A stretch of 56,707 nt of DNA from Azolla caroliniana. Lineage: Eukaryota; Plantae; Polypodiophyta. Position 1 is the stretch's first letter, and every line of letters begins with the position of its first letter. The DNA is taken from contig JBHGNT010000189.1 of assembly GCA_043228905.1 (NCBI GenBank), positions 1 through 56,707 on the forward strand, given 5' to 3'. Under the pieces are notes generated by a model. That model saw only the letters and a program-made list of their open reading frames with translations, made no database searches and was not told the origin of the DNA. Positions 23,876 to 38,658 of the stretch are shown here, in pieces. The translations under genes were made by a program, and so were the position numbers.

Positions 23876-26800
23876 AACTGCTTTGTTGTTGTTCTTCCAT
23901 TGCCAAAACTGCTAGAGGAGCCTTTAGATTTTGCATCCTCTGAGAACTTATTTGTAGCTTCAGTCAAGGATTTCTCCTATAAAACAAAAAAATCAACCAA
24001 ATTAATATACAGTTTTTCCAAAATTTAAAAAAAACGTATATATTTACATCAAGCAATAACCAAAAACACACACAAGTAGTTGCTTGCACATAGAAAATAA
24101 AATGTGTACAGAAAATCAACCAAATCAATATACACTTACCTTACTAATGTACCAATCTAATTATGTTTGAAGTGCATAGACATTAATATTCAGAGGATAT
24201 GGAGCACCACCTCGTAATATATCATCGCCCATAGAATGTGCAAGATTCGTGTAGATTGCAGTCTCCTTTGCGACATAAAAAAAAGAAGAAGAGATATTTG
24301 CTTTGTTTCAAGGATCATAAGGTTTCCAAGTGAGAAGATCAAAACATTACACTCCATTGAAATTCTTGGGGTGGGAGGTAGAGACGAAATGTTGAACAAA
24401 AGGCTTCTAAATAAAACATTTAAAAGCCCACCAAAACCCTCGTTCTTCATTAAATCTGCAAATGGCAGATCAAATGGGCCATTCGCACCCTCCCTAGTTA
24501 ATACACATGAAATCAACCCTTTGAGGAGGTATATCTACCCAACCTATAGGTGAAAGAGGATGCATAGAGTCCACAACATGTGATGATGAAACTCCAGATG
24601 ATGTAGTTTCAATGCCATCATCCACTGAAACCTCCATAGTTGCTGCAAGAATCTCATGGAATGGTGGCGAAGAGATTCGTGGCCAAACAAAACAACAGAC
24701 AATAGGACGAAGAGACAATGGCCCTTCATGAGGTAAAGCAAAAAAATCGGCATTCTCTTGCTGCATCCCTGAAATCTGATGATAATGGTACATGCAGTAA
24801 GGACTGTATGAGGTGTATCGTAAAGTAACCATCCTACTCTCGCTTATCTATGGATACCATGCCATCAACATTACTATAAAAATTAGCCAAACTTGTAGCA
24901 ATTTTTTATAAAAGAAAAGGTTGCATCAAAATTAAAATTCGATTGATATATTTATGTATATAGATTACACATGCACGAAGAAACCAAGATGAAATGTAAT
25001 ACGCGTATGAGAGGGTGGAAATTTTTAGCAATCTCCTAGACTCCCAAACAATCCAAAAAAATGTCCCACTCCGGATGGAAACAACGAGAAATCACGCCCT
25101 GAACCCAAAACCCAAAACTCTAAACCCAAACTCTAAACCCTAAACCCTAGGGTTTTGCATTATGACCATTCGTCAACAGATCAATCCCATGTATTTCAAG
25201 ATTTTGTAAGCAACATGCATCAAGAAAACTAATAAAACCAAAACTCTCCCAACAGATGTCAATGACAATTGACAATGTTTAATATCAATATAGAGGGTCG
25301 GATAGTGAAAAAAGATCGTCAATAAGAAACCGAAGTAGCTAAGGGAAAGCTATAACTCATTGATTTTGCATCATTTCTCCTCGTGAAGGAAAGTTCGGTA
25401 TAATAAAAGGTTAACACATCACCCAAAAGGTCATGAACACGAGAGGTTTGATACCTTCCTAATAGAAACATGAATACCATAAACTTCCAACTCTTGCGAA
25501 ACCTAAAAGGAGATAACATAACAGAGTTACATACAAGCGAAACAGTCAACCTAAATTTGAATTATTTAACTTACTCATTTTAATAACTTGACATTTTTAG
25601 ACAAGCACTCTAAGTAACTCTCTAAATATCCGTGAAGTTTTTCAATATTTGGATCTTCAATACTTGTGAACAACATTTGAGGTAGAATTCTCTTGCTGCA
25701 TCCCTAAAATCTGATGATAATGCTACAAGCAACAAGGATGTTATGAGGTGTATCATAAAATAAACCTCCTGCTTCGACTTATCTGTGGATATCATGTCAT
25801 CAACATTACTATAAAAATTAGCCAAACTTGTAGCAAATATTTTATAAAAAAAAGGGTTGCATCAAAATTAAAATTCGATTGATATATTTATATATATAAA
25901 TTACAGATGCACGAAGAACCAAATATGAAATACAATATGCGTATGAGAGGGTGGAAATTTTTCAGCAAATGTCCCATACTCCCAAAAAGTTCAAAAAGCT
26001 GTCCCACTCCGGATGGAAACAACGAGAAATCACGCCCTAAACCCAAAACCCTAGGATTTTGCATTATGACCATTCGTCAAAAAATCAATCCCATGAATTT
26101 CAAGATTTTTTAAGCAACACACAACAAGAAAACTAATAAAACCAAAACTATCCCAACTGATGTCAATGACAATTGACCATCTTTAATATCAATATAGAGG
26201 GTCGTATAGCGAAAAAAGATCGTCAATAAGAAACCGAAGCAGGTAAGGGCAAGCTGCAACTCATTGATTTTGCCACATTTCTCCTCTTGAAGGAAAGAGT
26301 GGTATAATAAACAGTCAACACATAATCCAAAAGGTCATGAACACAAGAGGTTTGATACCTTATTAATAGAAACCTGACGACCATAAACCTCCAACTTTTG
26401 CGAAACCTAAAAGAAGATCACATAACAGAATTACATACAAGCAAAACAGTCAACCTGAGAAGGGCATTAATTTGAATTATATCACTTAGTGATTATAATA
26501 ACTTGACATTTTAAGACAAGCACTCCAAGTAAGTCTCTAAATATCCATGAAGTTTTTCAATACTTGGATCTTCAATACTTGTGAACAACATTTGAGCTAG
26601 AATTGTATCGTTCGCGACAAATACAACATCAAGGGTTGACTGAACATACGTCAAAAGATTTACACAGGCCGTATTGCTTTATTGTTGTTGTTCCATTGTT
26701 AAACTACTAGAGGAGCCTTAAGATTTTGCATCCTCTAAAAACTTATTTGCAGCCTCATTCAAGTATTTCGCCTATAAAACACAAAAATCAACCAAATGAA

Positions 26801-28981
26801 TCTACACTTTCTCCAAAATTTAAAGAAAAACAAATAGTTACATCAAGCAATAACCAAAAAAACACACAAGTATTTGCTTGCACATAGAAAACAAAATGTG
26901 TACAGAAAACAAGGGTTTTGGATTTTACCTTCCTAAGCGCAGCATCAAAATTAAAAGTCGATTGATATATTTTTGTAGATAGATTACACATGCACGAAGA
27001 ACCAAATATGAAATACAATACGCGTATGGGAGGGTGGAAATTTTCAGCAAATGTCCCATACTCCCAAATTGTCGAAACAAATGTCCCACTCCGAATGGAA
27101 ACAACGAGAAATCACGCCCTGAACCCAAAACCCTAGGGTTTTGCATTATGACCATGAATTTCAAGACTTTGTAAGCAACACGCAGCAAGAAAACTAATAA
27201 AACCAAAACTATCCCAACAGATATCAATGACAATTGACCATCTTTAATATTATTATAGAAGGTCGGATAGCGAAAAAAGATCGTCAATAAGAAACTGAAG
27301 CACATAAGGCCAAGCTGCAACTCATTGATTTTGCCACATTTCTCCTCTTGAAGAAAAGATCGGTATAATAAAAGGTCAACACATAATCCAAAAGGCCATG
27401 AACACGAGAGGTTTGATACCTTCTTAATAGAAACATGACGACCATAAACCTCCAACTCTTGCGAAACCTAAAAGGATATCAGATGACTGAGTTACATACA
27501 AGGACTATATGAGGTGTATTGTAAAGTAAACCTCCTTCTCCCGCTTCTTTGTGGATACCATGCCAATCACATTACAATAAAAATTAGCCAAACTTGTAGC
27601 AAAATTTTTTATAAAAAAAAAGGTTGCATCAAAATTTAAATTCGATTGATATATTTATGTACATAGATTGCAAATGCACGAAGAGACAAATATGAAATAC
27701 AATACTCGTATGAGAGGGTGGAAATTTTGAGCAATATCCCAAACCCTAAACCCTTAACCCTATATTCTACTCCTGGATAGGTTAGTTCACACATACACGA
27801 AACTTTTAGATGATTTCCCAACTAAAGTTAGAGTAGAACTCTTCGAGTTTAGCTCCATGCAACTAGACCCTAAGCACTTAGAAGTGGCCTCAAATTTTAT
27901 AGAGGCTTACGTTTTCATAGACAATATTAACCATTGGTTAGGAGAACATGTTATAGAACCTTTAACGAAGTGCCAAGAGTTTGGTGTTACTAACAACATT
28001 GATGATATAGTAAAAAGAATGTCAATCACAATTAGAAATAACAATAGAGAGTTACAACACTCGGATAAACTCCATAATACACATGATTTTGATTATATCA
28101 ATGTTGAATTAGATAACGAAATAGAAGATCTCCCAATAGATCTAGATACAAGCGAGGAGCTTATAGAACAAAAACCTAACCCACAAACATCCCGAGTCAT
28201 TAATCCCCAAAAACAATAAAAGTTTACACTTTGACCCCACATCCAATCCTCACCATGATGCAATTATTAACATCAACTCTAACTCTATCCCAAAATCTAA
28301 CCCTAACCCTCTCCCCATCCCTAAATCTACTCTGAAAAACAATAACTTTAATCCCAATATAACATCTAACATACGAGACGGTGATTAATAACATAACCAC
28401 CACCGATTATCACCTCCAACCGCCACTTGAAGAGGACACACCACTCCACCAATCACGAGGTACCTGCCATCAGATTCACCACCAGCCCCAACACACCCCA
28501 TTCAGCTTCATCGCTCCCCCCTTGTATCCCTCCCCCGGAGACCTTCAGCCCCAAAACAATACTCATCTTTACCCTCCTACCCGTACCCACTGTGTAAATC
28601 TTAACGCTCACCGTAACTCTAACTCTCCTTCTCTTTCTTTTTGTACTCCCCCTAATAATTCTAGAAATACCTTTCCTACCGCCCCCTTTCATAACTATTC
28701 ACACACACTAAGCCCCTCTTGGTATAAAGAAACTACCCACGATCACAACATAAACCCTCCCCTATTTTCAAAATACCCTTAGCCTTCCCCAACCCCTCAT
28801 ACACCTCTATTAACCCCCACACCCCTAACCACCACACCCAATAAACCCATACCCAACATCCTCCCTACACCACCTCTACCAAACCATCCACAAGTTGTAT
28901 CCATCCCTCAACAAGTAACCCTAAATCCCCTATGTATTCTTCTCACATCACACTTCCCACCACTCACAACCTCCACCGGCC

Positions 28982-29039
28982 AAAAAACGTTTAGTACGGC
29001 GTGCTAAAAGATCAAACCAACGTTTTAGACACGTCGTAC
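28982..29039 (+). promoter_or_regulatory. -1 frameshift signal (family A, copy 2)
   Basis: A AAA AAC GTT TAG followed by GTACGGCGTG...CACGTCGTAC hairpin. Confidence 0.8.
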
Positions 29040-30976
29040 ACCCAACTAAACGTTTGTGGTATTTTATTAATGGTAACTCCACCCCCCTAGATTCTTCTAA
29101 TTGGCTAGGTAGCATGTCGCATAGAATCCCCTTTAGGCCACATACAAAAAAAACACGTAAAAAGAAACTTAGATATAAATTTTGGAAACCCCTTAAAACA
29201 CCCTTTAGTCCCCCTCATAGTAGTAAAATCCACAACCTTTCTACACATACCCTTAGCAAGTCAGAAATTAAACTCGTTAACCTAGGTCTTAGGTTTATAC
29301 CTTCCCACCCCCACCCCCACCCCCACTTCTATTCTTCAAGAATTCCACAACCTTAGTAGATCCCTCAGACTTAGACATTTCTTTCAAAATGACGACTCCT
29401 CCACCCCACAAAACCCCTTCAAACTACCCAACCCCTCTTGGAACCCCCCTACACAATACCTACCCTTAGAGGACATACTTCATAAACACCTTAATCTCCT
29501 CACCATAAAATTCCATAATACAAACCTGCTCACTAAACACATTCCACTACACCTACTACAGGCCTTAAAAAGCCTTAAAAGTAATAAACATATTATCATC
29601 CTCCCCATAGACAAAAATGTAGGTGTTTGTGTCTTAAACAAACAAACATACCTAGATAAAGCCCTAGCTCACCTATCTGATACATCCACTTATAAACCCG
29701 TAGATACCTTTCCCTTAGAAGAACTCCTACATAGATTAAACACCTTAATGAATCAACACCTAGGAACCCTCTCCCTCATAGAAATAAAATTCATCTTACA
29801 CAAACCATCCAACGAATACCGAGTCCCCACCATGTACTTCCTACCCAAAGTACACAAAGAACCCATTGGCTATAGGCCTATCTGTTCTTACAACGGTTCG
29901 TTATTTGAACAAACTTTTAAGTGGCTATACCTCCAACTCCTCCCCATACTCCTACAACAAAAACAATACCTTAGAGACTCATTTTCCTTAGTTCAATCCC
30001 TAGAAAACCTTACGACACCACCCAATAGCTTCATCTTTTCGCTTGACGTAGAATCCCTCTACCCGAGTATTCCACCAAAACTAGGACTAGTCACCCTAAA
30101 ACACCTAATTACCCCCCATTTCTCAAAACAAAAACCCAACCTCATCTATACTCTAAGCGCCTTAACCTTAGAATATCACTTCCTTAAATTTAATAACCAA
30201 ATCTATCAACAAATTAAGGGCACAACCATGGGAAGCAATTTTTCCGTAGTATATGCTTGCCTCTTTTTGTCATACCTCGAGAATGCCAACCCATCTCCCC
30301 ATTTATTTTATTTCACGAGATATATTGACGATGCCTTTGGTATATGGACCGGTACAAAAACACAACTCTTAGACTACCTAAATGTCTATAGTATTACCAC
30401 TCAAAACTCCATTAAACTAACCATCCAAACCTCTATCACTAAACTCCCTTTTCTCGACCTTTGGATAAACTTAAATAATAATAGTTTCACGTTTAATTGT
30501 TTTCAAAAAGAACTTAATACATACCAATATATACCTTTCACTTCGACACATCCTATCCACGTCAAAAAAGCTTCCTCTCGAACGAACTTAAAAGATACAT
30601 TATTAGAGAAAGTACAACCTAAGGTTATTTAAGAATGCAACATCTATTTTTTAATAGACTACGAGCACGAGGATACCCTACACACTTATTCTCAATATAT
30701 TCAAAAAACACCCCTATTCCCTTAGACCAAATCTCCTCTCAAACAAAACCATTAACAAAACCCCACACCCATAAACTTTAAACTAAAATTCACACACCAA
30801 GCCTAAATTAAGGAATAAAAGAAACCCTTACTAGCCTACACTTAAACCTCCTAGAAGACCCTCTACTACAACACATCCCCAAACCAATAATTTGTTGGAC
30901 TAAATCTAAAAATCTACACTCTTTACTAGTTAACACAAATAACTATAGATCCACACTAACTTCTCTCTTTATTTAA
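28989..30976 (+). pseudogene. Penelope-like reverse transcriptase, copy 2
   Basis: ORFs 29054-29356 and 29748-30632 are nearly identical to copy 1 (offset 16309) and carry the same frameshifts and stop. Confidence 0.93.
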
Positions 30977-31715
30977 TTGTTTTAAGAAAATCACAAGTTT
31001 TATCTCCCTATATTTACCACGTGAGAATCTCCCCCTATCTCCTCTCTCTCTACCATCACATTTCTTCTGTCTATCTATCTCCTCCTTCCCTTCCCTTCTC
31101 TTTCTCTCTCTACCTTTACCTTTCTCCCTGTCTAAATCATTTCTTTTTCCTCTCTCTAGCTTCACTTTTCTCCATCTCTACACTCTAGAACCCACCTCGT
31201 TTCTCTTTTCCTTTTTTCTCCTTCTCTACCTTTTCCCCTTTCTCCCTCTCTACTTTCTCTCTCTACCTTTCCTTTTCTCTACTTTCCTTTGATCTCCGAA
31301 GACGATAATATAATCTATCTATCTATCTATCTATCTCATTTTCTCTCTCTCTCTCTCTCTCTCTCTCCTCATTCCCCATAACTATTAAATTCATATTCCC
31401 CTCATTTTTCACCGATATCTTTACCTCGTACTAGACACCCATCACACACATATACACACCCCTCCCCTCACTTATCATAACCTGTAGTCACCCACTTATC
31501 ACCATTATTATACACTCTAGTTACCCACTTATCTCTATCAAACTCATGATAGCCACTCCCTCCCTTTACAAAATTATATCTTGCCCCCTTATCACTGTGT
31601 TACACCACTCCCTCCCATACTCTTCTCTTCTTTTCATATTTATCACTCATGTCCACCACTCATCTTAGACCCCCCCTTACCACAAACCTATATAAACTTA
31701 CCTTTGTACTAAAAA

Positions 31716-31774
31716 ATAACCTAAGCACTGACGAGCTCTATATAAGAGCGAAACTAGTTTGCTACATACGTCAT
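31716..31774 (+). ncRNA. Minimal type I hammerhead ribozyme, intact catalytic core
   Basis: AGCA CTGACGA GCTCT-ATATA-AGAGC GAAAC TA GTT TGCT has a canonical CUGANGA/GAAA/NUH core. Two mismatches in distal stem I. Confidence 0.9.
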
Positions 31775-32922
31775 ATTAATATATATTTGATCAATATATA
31801 TATGTTTCTCAAGTGTCTATTGTTTTTATGTGTATGGTTAGTTGTGCTTTCTATAATATACATGTTATTTCCTTCCAACTAAATAAAACATGGCACTCCC
31901 CCCTCTTTCCCTTAATATTTAACCTACCCAATACCCGCAACCCTAAACTAATAACCGTAACACATTATATCCCCGTCAACCCATACCCTCATCATCATAC
32001 CTCTCCAAACATATCTCCCCTTACCACTAAAACCCTAAACCTACCAATCCTTAATACCTTTACTTTTGCATAGACTACCCTAAACCCTAAGAATATTTTA
32101 ACCCATATACCCTAAACCCTCAATAGTTTAACCCATATACCCTAAACCCTTAGAACAAACCCCTAAACCCTAAGAATAGTTAACATAATAACACTAGTTG
32201 TAGCCTAAATAAGTATCGTGCCCCCTTTACTCGTGCAATACATCATATAGTCTATCAAACCCTAAATCCTCAGATATTTTACCCTTATGCCCTAAACCCA
32301 CATAACAAAACCCTAAACCCTTAAGATATTTAACCCTTAACCCTCCGTTAAGCCATATACCCTAAACCCTCACACCCAAACCCTAAACCCTCATATAGTT
32401 AACCAAATAACACTAATCGCAGCCAAAGAAGTATCGTGCCCGCACTCCTCGTGTAAGACATTATATAGTCTATTAAAATGAAAAACCCTAAATTTTAAGA
32501 AAAACGTATATTTACATCAAGCAATAACCAAAAACACACACAAGCAGTTGCTTGCACATAGAAAACAAAATGTGTACAGAAAACAAGCGTTTTGAATTTT
32601 ACCTTACTAATGTACCAATCTTATGATGTTCGAAGTGCAAACACATAATATATTCAAAGGATACGGAGCACCACCTCTTAATATATCATCACCCGTAGAG
32701 TGTGCAAGATTCGTGTAGATTGGAGTCTCCTTTGCGTCAAAAAGAAGAAAAAGAAATTTTTGCTCTGTCTGAAGGATCATAAGGTTTCCAAGTGATAAGA
32801 TCAAAACATTACACTCCATTGAAATTCTTGGGGCGGGAGGTAGAGACGAAATGTTGAACAAAAGGCTTCTAAATAAAACATTTAAAAGGCCACTAAAACC
32901 CTCCTTCTTCATTAAAACCCTC

Positions 32923-34529
32923 CTACTACAACACATCCCCAAACCAATAATTTGTTGGACTAAATCTAAAAATCTACACTCTTTACTAGTTAACACAAAT
33001 AACTATAGATCCACACTAACTTCTCTCTTTATTTAATTGTTTTAAGAAAATCACAAGTTTTATCTCCCTATATTTACCACGTGAGAATCTCCCCCTATCT
33101 CCTCTCTCTCTACCATCACATTTCTTCTGTCTATCTATCTCCTCCTTCCCTTCCCTTCTCTTTCTCTCTCTACCTTTACCTTTCTCCCTGTCTAAATCAT
33201 TTCTTTTTCCTCTCTCTAGCTTCACTTTTCTCCATCTCTACACTCTAGAACTCACCACTTTTCTCTTTTCCTTTTTTCTCCCTCTACCTTTTCCCCTTTC
33301 TCCCTCTCTACTTTCTCTCTCTACCCTTCCTTTTCTCTACCTCTCTCTTTTTTTTTCTCTCTCTCTCTCTCCCTCACTCTATTTTCACTCTCTCTTCTCA
33401 TTACTTAAATTTCTTTATCTCTCTCTCTCTCTCTCCTCATTTCCCATAACTATTAAATTCGTATTCCCCTCGTTTTTCACCGACATCTTTACCTCGAACT
33501 AGACACCCATCACACACATATACACACCCCTCCTCTCACTTATCATACCCTGTAGTCACCCACTTATCACCATTATTATACACTCTAGTTACCCACTTAT
33601 CTCTATCAAACTCATGATAGCCACTCCCTCCCTTTACAAAATTATATCTTGCCCCCTTATCACTGTGTTACACCACTCCCTCCCATACTCTTCTCTTCTT
33701 TTCATATTTATCACTCTTGTCCACCACTCATCTTACACCCCCCTTACCACAAACCTATATAAACTTACCTTTGTACTACAAAATGACCTAAGTACTAACG
33801 AGCTCTATATAAGAGTGAAACTAGTTTGCTACATAGGTCATATTAATATATATTTGATCAATATATATATTTTTCTCAAGTGTTTATTGTCTTTATGTGT
33901 GTGGTTAGTTGTGCTTTCTATAATATACATGTTATTTCCTTCCAACTAAGTAAAACATGCCACTCCCCCCTCTTTCCCTTAATCTTTAACCTACCCAATA
34001 CCCACAACCCTAAACTAATAACCCTAACACATTATATCCCCGTCAACCCATACACTCATCATCATACCTCTCCGAACGTATCTCCCCTTACCACTAAAAC
34101 CCTAAACCTACCAATCCTTAATACCTTTACTTTTGCATAGACTACCCTAAACCCTCAGAATATTTTAACCCATATACCCTAATCCCTTAGAACAAACCCC
34201 TAAACCCTAAGAATAGTTAACCTAATAACACTAGTTGTAGCCTAAATAAGTATCGTGCCCCCTTTCCTCGTGCAATACATCATATAGTCTATCAAACCCT
34301 AAATCCTTAGATATTTTACCCATATGCCCTAAACCCTCATAACAAAACCCTAAACCCTTAAGATATTTAACCCTTAACCCTCCGTTAAGCCATATACCCT
34401 AAACCCTCACACCCAAACCCTAAACCCTCATATAGTTAACCAAATAACACTAATCGCAACCAAAGAAGTATCGTGCCCACACTCCTCGTGTAAGACATTA
34501 TATAGTCTATTAAAATGAAAAACCCTAAA
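32923..34529 (+). mobile_element. PLE family A 3' fragment (RT C-terminal end, UTR, hammerhead, tail)
   Basis: Near-identical to 14554-16160. Confidence 0.88.
33783..33841 (+). ncRNA. Minimal type I hammerhead ribozyme (duplicate of the 15414 copy)
   Basis: Same sequence as 15414-15472, offset 18369 bp. Confidence 0.85.
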
Positions 34530-35303
34530 TTTTAAGAAAAACGTATATTTACATCAAGCAATAACCAAAAAAACACACAAGTAGTTGCTTGCACATAGAA
34601 AACAAAATGTGTACAGAAAACAAGCGTTTTGAATTTTACCTTACTAATGTACCAATCTTATGATGTTCGAAGTGCAAACACATAATATATTCAAAGGATA
34701 CGGAGCACCACCTCTTAATATATCATCACCCGTAGAGTGTGCAAGATTCGTGTAGATTGGAGTCTCCTTTGCGTCAAAAAGAAGAAAAAGAAATTTTTGC
34801 TCTGTCTGAAGGATCATAAGGTTTCCAAGTGATAAGATCAAAACATTACACTCCATTGAAATTCTTGGGGCGGGAGGTAGAGACGAAATGTTGAACAAAA
34901 GGCTTCTAAATAAAACATTTAAAAGGCCACTAAAACCCTCCTTCTTCATTAAATCTGCAAATGGCAGATCAAATGGGCCATTCGCACCCTCCCTAGTTTA
35001 TACACATGAAATGGACCCTTGGAGGAGGTATATCTAGCCAACCTGTAGGTGAAGGAGGATGCACAGAGTCCACAACACGTGATGATGAAACTCCAGATGA
35101 TGTAGTTTGAATGCCATAATATCCTGAAACCTCCATAGTTGCTGTAGGAATCTCATGGAATGGTGCCAAAGATATTCGTGGCCAAAAGAAACGGCAAACG
35201 CAACGAAAAAACCACGGGTGTTCATGTCTGTCATCAGTTATAACCTCCACAACAGAGGTTCATGGCCAAACAAAACAGCAGACAACATGACGAAGAGACG
35301 ATG

Positions 35304-37844
35304 GGGACATCTGTAGCACAAGATTTGCCCACCCCTACCCCGGCTAAGAGATTAAGCACCAACAAACGTCCTTCTAAACGAGCCAGAGACATCCTCCTCG
35401 CTCTCTTGCCGGACGATACAACTTGGTCTATCAAGGTAACTGCAGCGTTAACCCACGCTTTTTGCTATAAATATCTTGTAGATTACAAAAATAAAGATCT
35501 CGCGTAATTCAAACAACTTTTTAAACGGAAAAAACAAGCCATTAAAACATATACTAGGATCTCTACCCTTTATTTACAAAACTCAGTAGCTCCTAGTCTC
35601 AAAAACTAGCCCCCCAAACTCAAAATAGACCACGATGAACTCAATGCTAGCCTATCTAATGATTTCCAATCCCTAACCATTCAATATAACAAAGAACTTA
35701 CTTGCACTTATGTAAAACACTTAGATCTTCTCGTACATTCTCACACCAAGTTATTAGATGATTTCCCCAATAAAGCTAGGAAAGATCTACTACAGCTCAC
35801 CAACACCATACAAGAACCTTACAACCTAAATGATGTCTCTAATTATGTCACTCCCGAAAAATTCTTTGAAGCAATCACGACCTACTTAGAAGAATACATT
35901 GAAGATCTACTTAATACTTGTAATAACTATGCCATCAGCTATAACTTTGACGAAACTTTAAAAAAAAACAGCCTTGAAAGTAAGAGATAGCTTACATGAA
36001 CAAATACATTTTGGAAATGTCAATACTTCACGTCATAAAGACATTACAATAAGAGTTTCAGAAGATGAGGTAATAGAAGAAGAAGAAGAAGACAACATGG
36101 GAGAACATGTTGAAGACGTCTTCTACGATAGTCCATCCTTCATATCCCCCTCGAACAGTACCAGGACACCAGTGGAGCATGTCAACCCACCCAAACCATA
36201 AACTTTAAAGTTACCCCTTCCCCAAAAAACCATAAAGCATACACCAATGGCTTCAACAAACCGAACCCAAACCATAAACGCAATACTCACCCTAACCCTA
36301 AACAACACCCTAAACAAAACCCATACCCAATACATACCGGGGTAGCTCCCACAAACACTCCTTTCACACGAACCATAATACTAATCAATATAAACAACAT
36401 CACCATCATCAATTACAAGCTCCACAGTCAAATTACCATCAACAAAACCACACTCCTCAACATCATCTAAAATCATAAGCTCCACCATCATACCACCACC
36501 ACCACCTACACCACCACCAACATCACCACCAACAGCCACTGGAACATTTTCACCCGCCATACTATCATCAAACGCTGGTACATCAACAACGACCGGACCA
36601 ACACCATCCACAGGTTCAACAACATCCGCAGGTACCGGCCTTTCTCCATCGCCAACCATCAAGCCTTCCTCAACAACAGGAACCCATTCAACGCGCCTAT
36701 TCCTATAACATAGCAACCAATGAACTCTCTTATTGACTAAACCCAATCAACAACAGAACATAATATACATGAGCCTATTGCTAGACTCATCAATATACCG
36801 ATCCCTCCGCCACCTCCTCGGCAACCAATCTTTTCTGACTAGCGTCAATCCCATGTAATACCCCCACCGGAATTCAGGACCACGGACATACCATGGATTG
36901 CCACACATCCACTATCGACGCCGCCACCACAACACCGCACAGATGAGGTTCTCAGTGAAGGGTGCCATAATAGTCACCCGCCCATTGGAAGCTCTCAACT
37001 TTTTGAATAGCCGCCGCTCGAGCCGCATTGGATACTAAAGCCAACAGTACCACTTCCTCCGCCGCACCAATCCGATACCCGTGTCGGTAGTGCGTGGGGC
37101 AGCAGTCACGGGTATGGACCGCCTTCTAATCCTTGCCCCAATGCTCCTATTACACCCACGTCGTCCCACGTCCGCCCCTTCCCTTCCCAAGGAACAGAAC
37201 ACATCTCGCCTCAACCGCTTAATCCTCTCCCAGAAAAGCATTATCACCATGCTTACAACCATCCCCATAGGAAGCTTCATCCCCGTACAGGAGCGTACTG
37301 AGATCCATGCACATCCCTACCCAAACCCACACAGTCACTCTCTATTCCCTCACACACACAGTCACTCTCCGTTCCCTCACACACACAGTTACCCTTCGCT
37401 CCCTTCCTACTCTCACCCAAACTCACACTCACACATAAACCCCTCTTATTCCGACTCACACACATACCCTTTTATTTATACACATACCCCTATTAATACC
37501 CTTCCCCCCACCACTTCCCACCTACACCCACACAACTACATGTCACACACTTGTCCAAATCCCTTTCTTCTTTTCTTCCTGGCACCCCCCACACTTCCCG
37601 TAAACACTATAAACCCCGTCCTATAAACCATAAGCCTTCCAATAGTAAATCGCCCCCCCAATCCCTCAATCAAACCCCTTAAACCTAATCCTACCAATCC
37701 CTCCTTCAATCCTAATAGAAACAACCCCTCTCCTTATAATCCCATTGACCCACACCCAAAAAACATGTAACGAGGCATGTGAATCGTACGAATAGACGAT
37801 TCCGACATGCCGTGCACCCTACTAAACTTCTAGTTTACCTACTT
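35304..37844 (+). pseudogene. PLE family B ORF1 through the frameshift site (37758-37814), copy without the LTR
   Basis: Collinear with 19288-22367; empty site aacatccgcag near 36621. Confidence 0.8.
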
Positions 37845-38658
37845 CAAGGATCATAAGGTTTCCAAGTGAGAAGATCAAAACATTACACTCCATTGAAATT
37901 CTTGGGGCGGGAGGTAGAGACGAAATGTTGAACAAAAGGCTTCTAAATAAAACATTTAAAAGGCCACTAAAACCCTCCTTCTTCATTAAATCTGCAAATG
38001 GCAGATCAAATGGGCCATTCGCACCCTCCCTAGTCAATACACATGAAATGGACCCTTGGAGGAGGTATATCTACCCAACCTGTAGGTGAAGGAGGATGCA
38101 CAGAGTCCACAATACGTGATGATGAAACTCCAGATGATGTAGTTTGAATGCCATCATATCCTGAAACCTCCATAGTTGCTGTAGGAATCTCATGGAATAG
38201 TGGCAAAGAGATTCGTGGCCAGAAGAAAAGGCAAATGCGACAAAGAAACCACGGGTGTTCATGTCTGTCATCAGCAAATACCTCCACAATACAGATTCGA
38301 ACCCAAACAACACAACAGACAACTTGACAAAGAGACGGTGGCCCTTCATGAGGTAAAGCAAAAAAATCTGCATTCTCTTGCGCCATCGCTGCAATCTGAT
38401 GATAATGCTACAAGCAGCAAGGACTGTATGAGGTGTATCGTAAAGTAATCCTCCTTCTCCCGCTTCTCTATGGATACCATGCCATCAGCATTACTATAAA
38501 AATTAGCCAAACTTGTAGCAAATTTTTTATAAAAAAAAAGGATGCGTGAAAATTAAAATTCGATTGATATATTTATGTACATAGATTGCAAATGCATGAA
38601 GAAACAGAAATGAAATACAATACTTGTATGAGAGGGTGGAAATTTTCAGCAATGTCCC

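Larger units (their letters stand above)
27741..32492 (+). mobile_element. Endonuclease-deficient PLE, family A, copy 2
   Basis: Same architecture as copy 1: telomeric cap at 27741-27762, ORF1 with a different internal deletion near 28370, frameshift signal, RT, hammerhead and telomeric tail. Confidence 0.9.
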
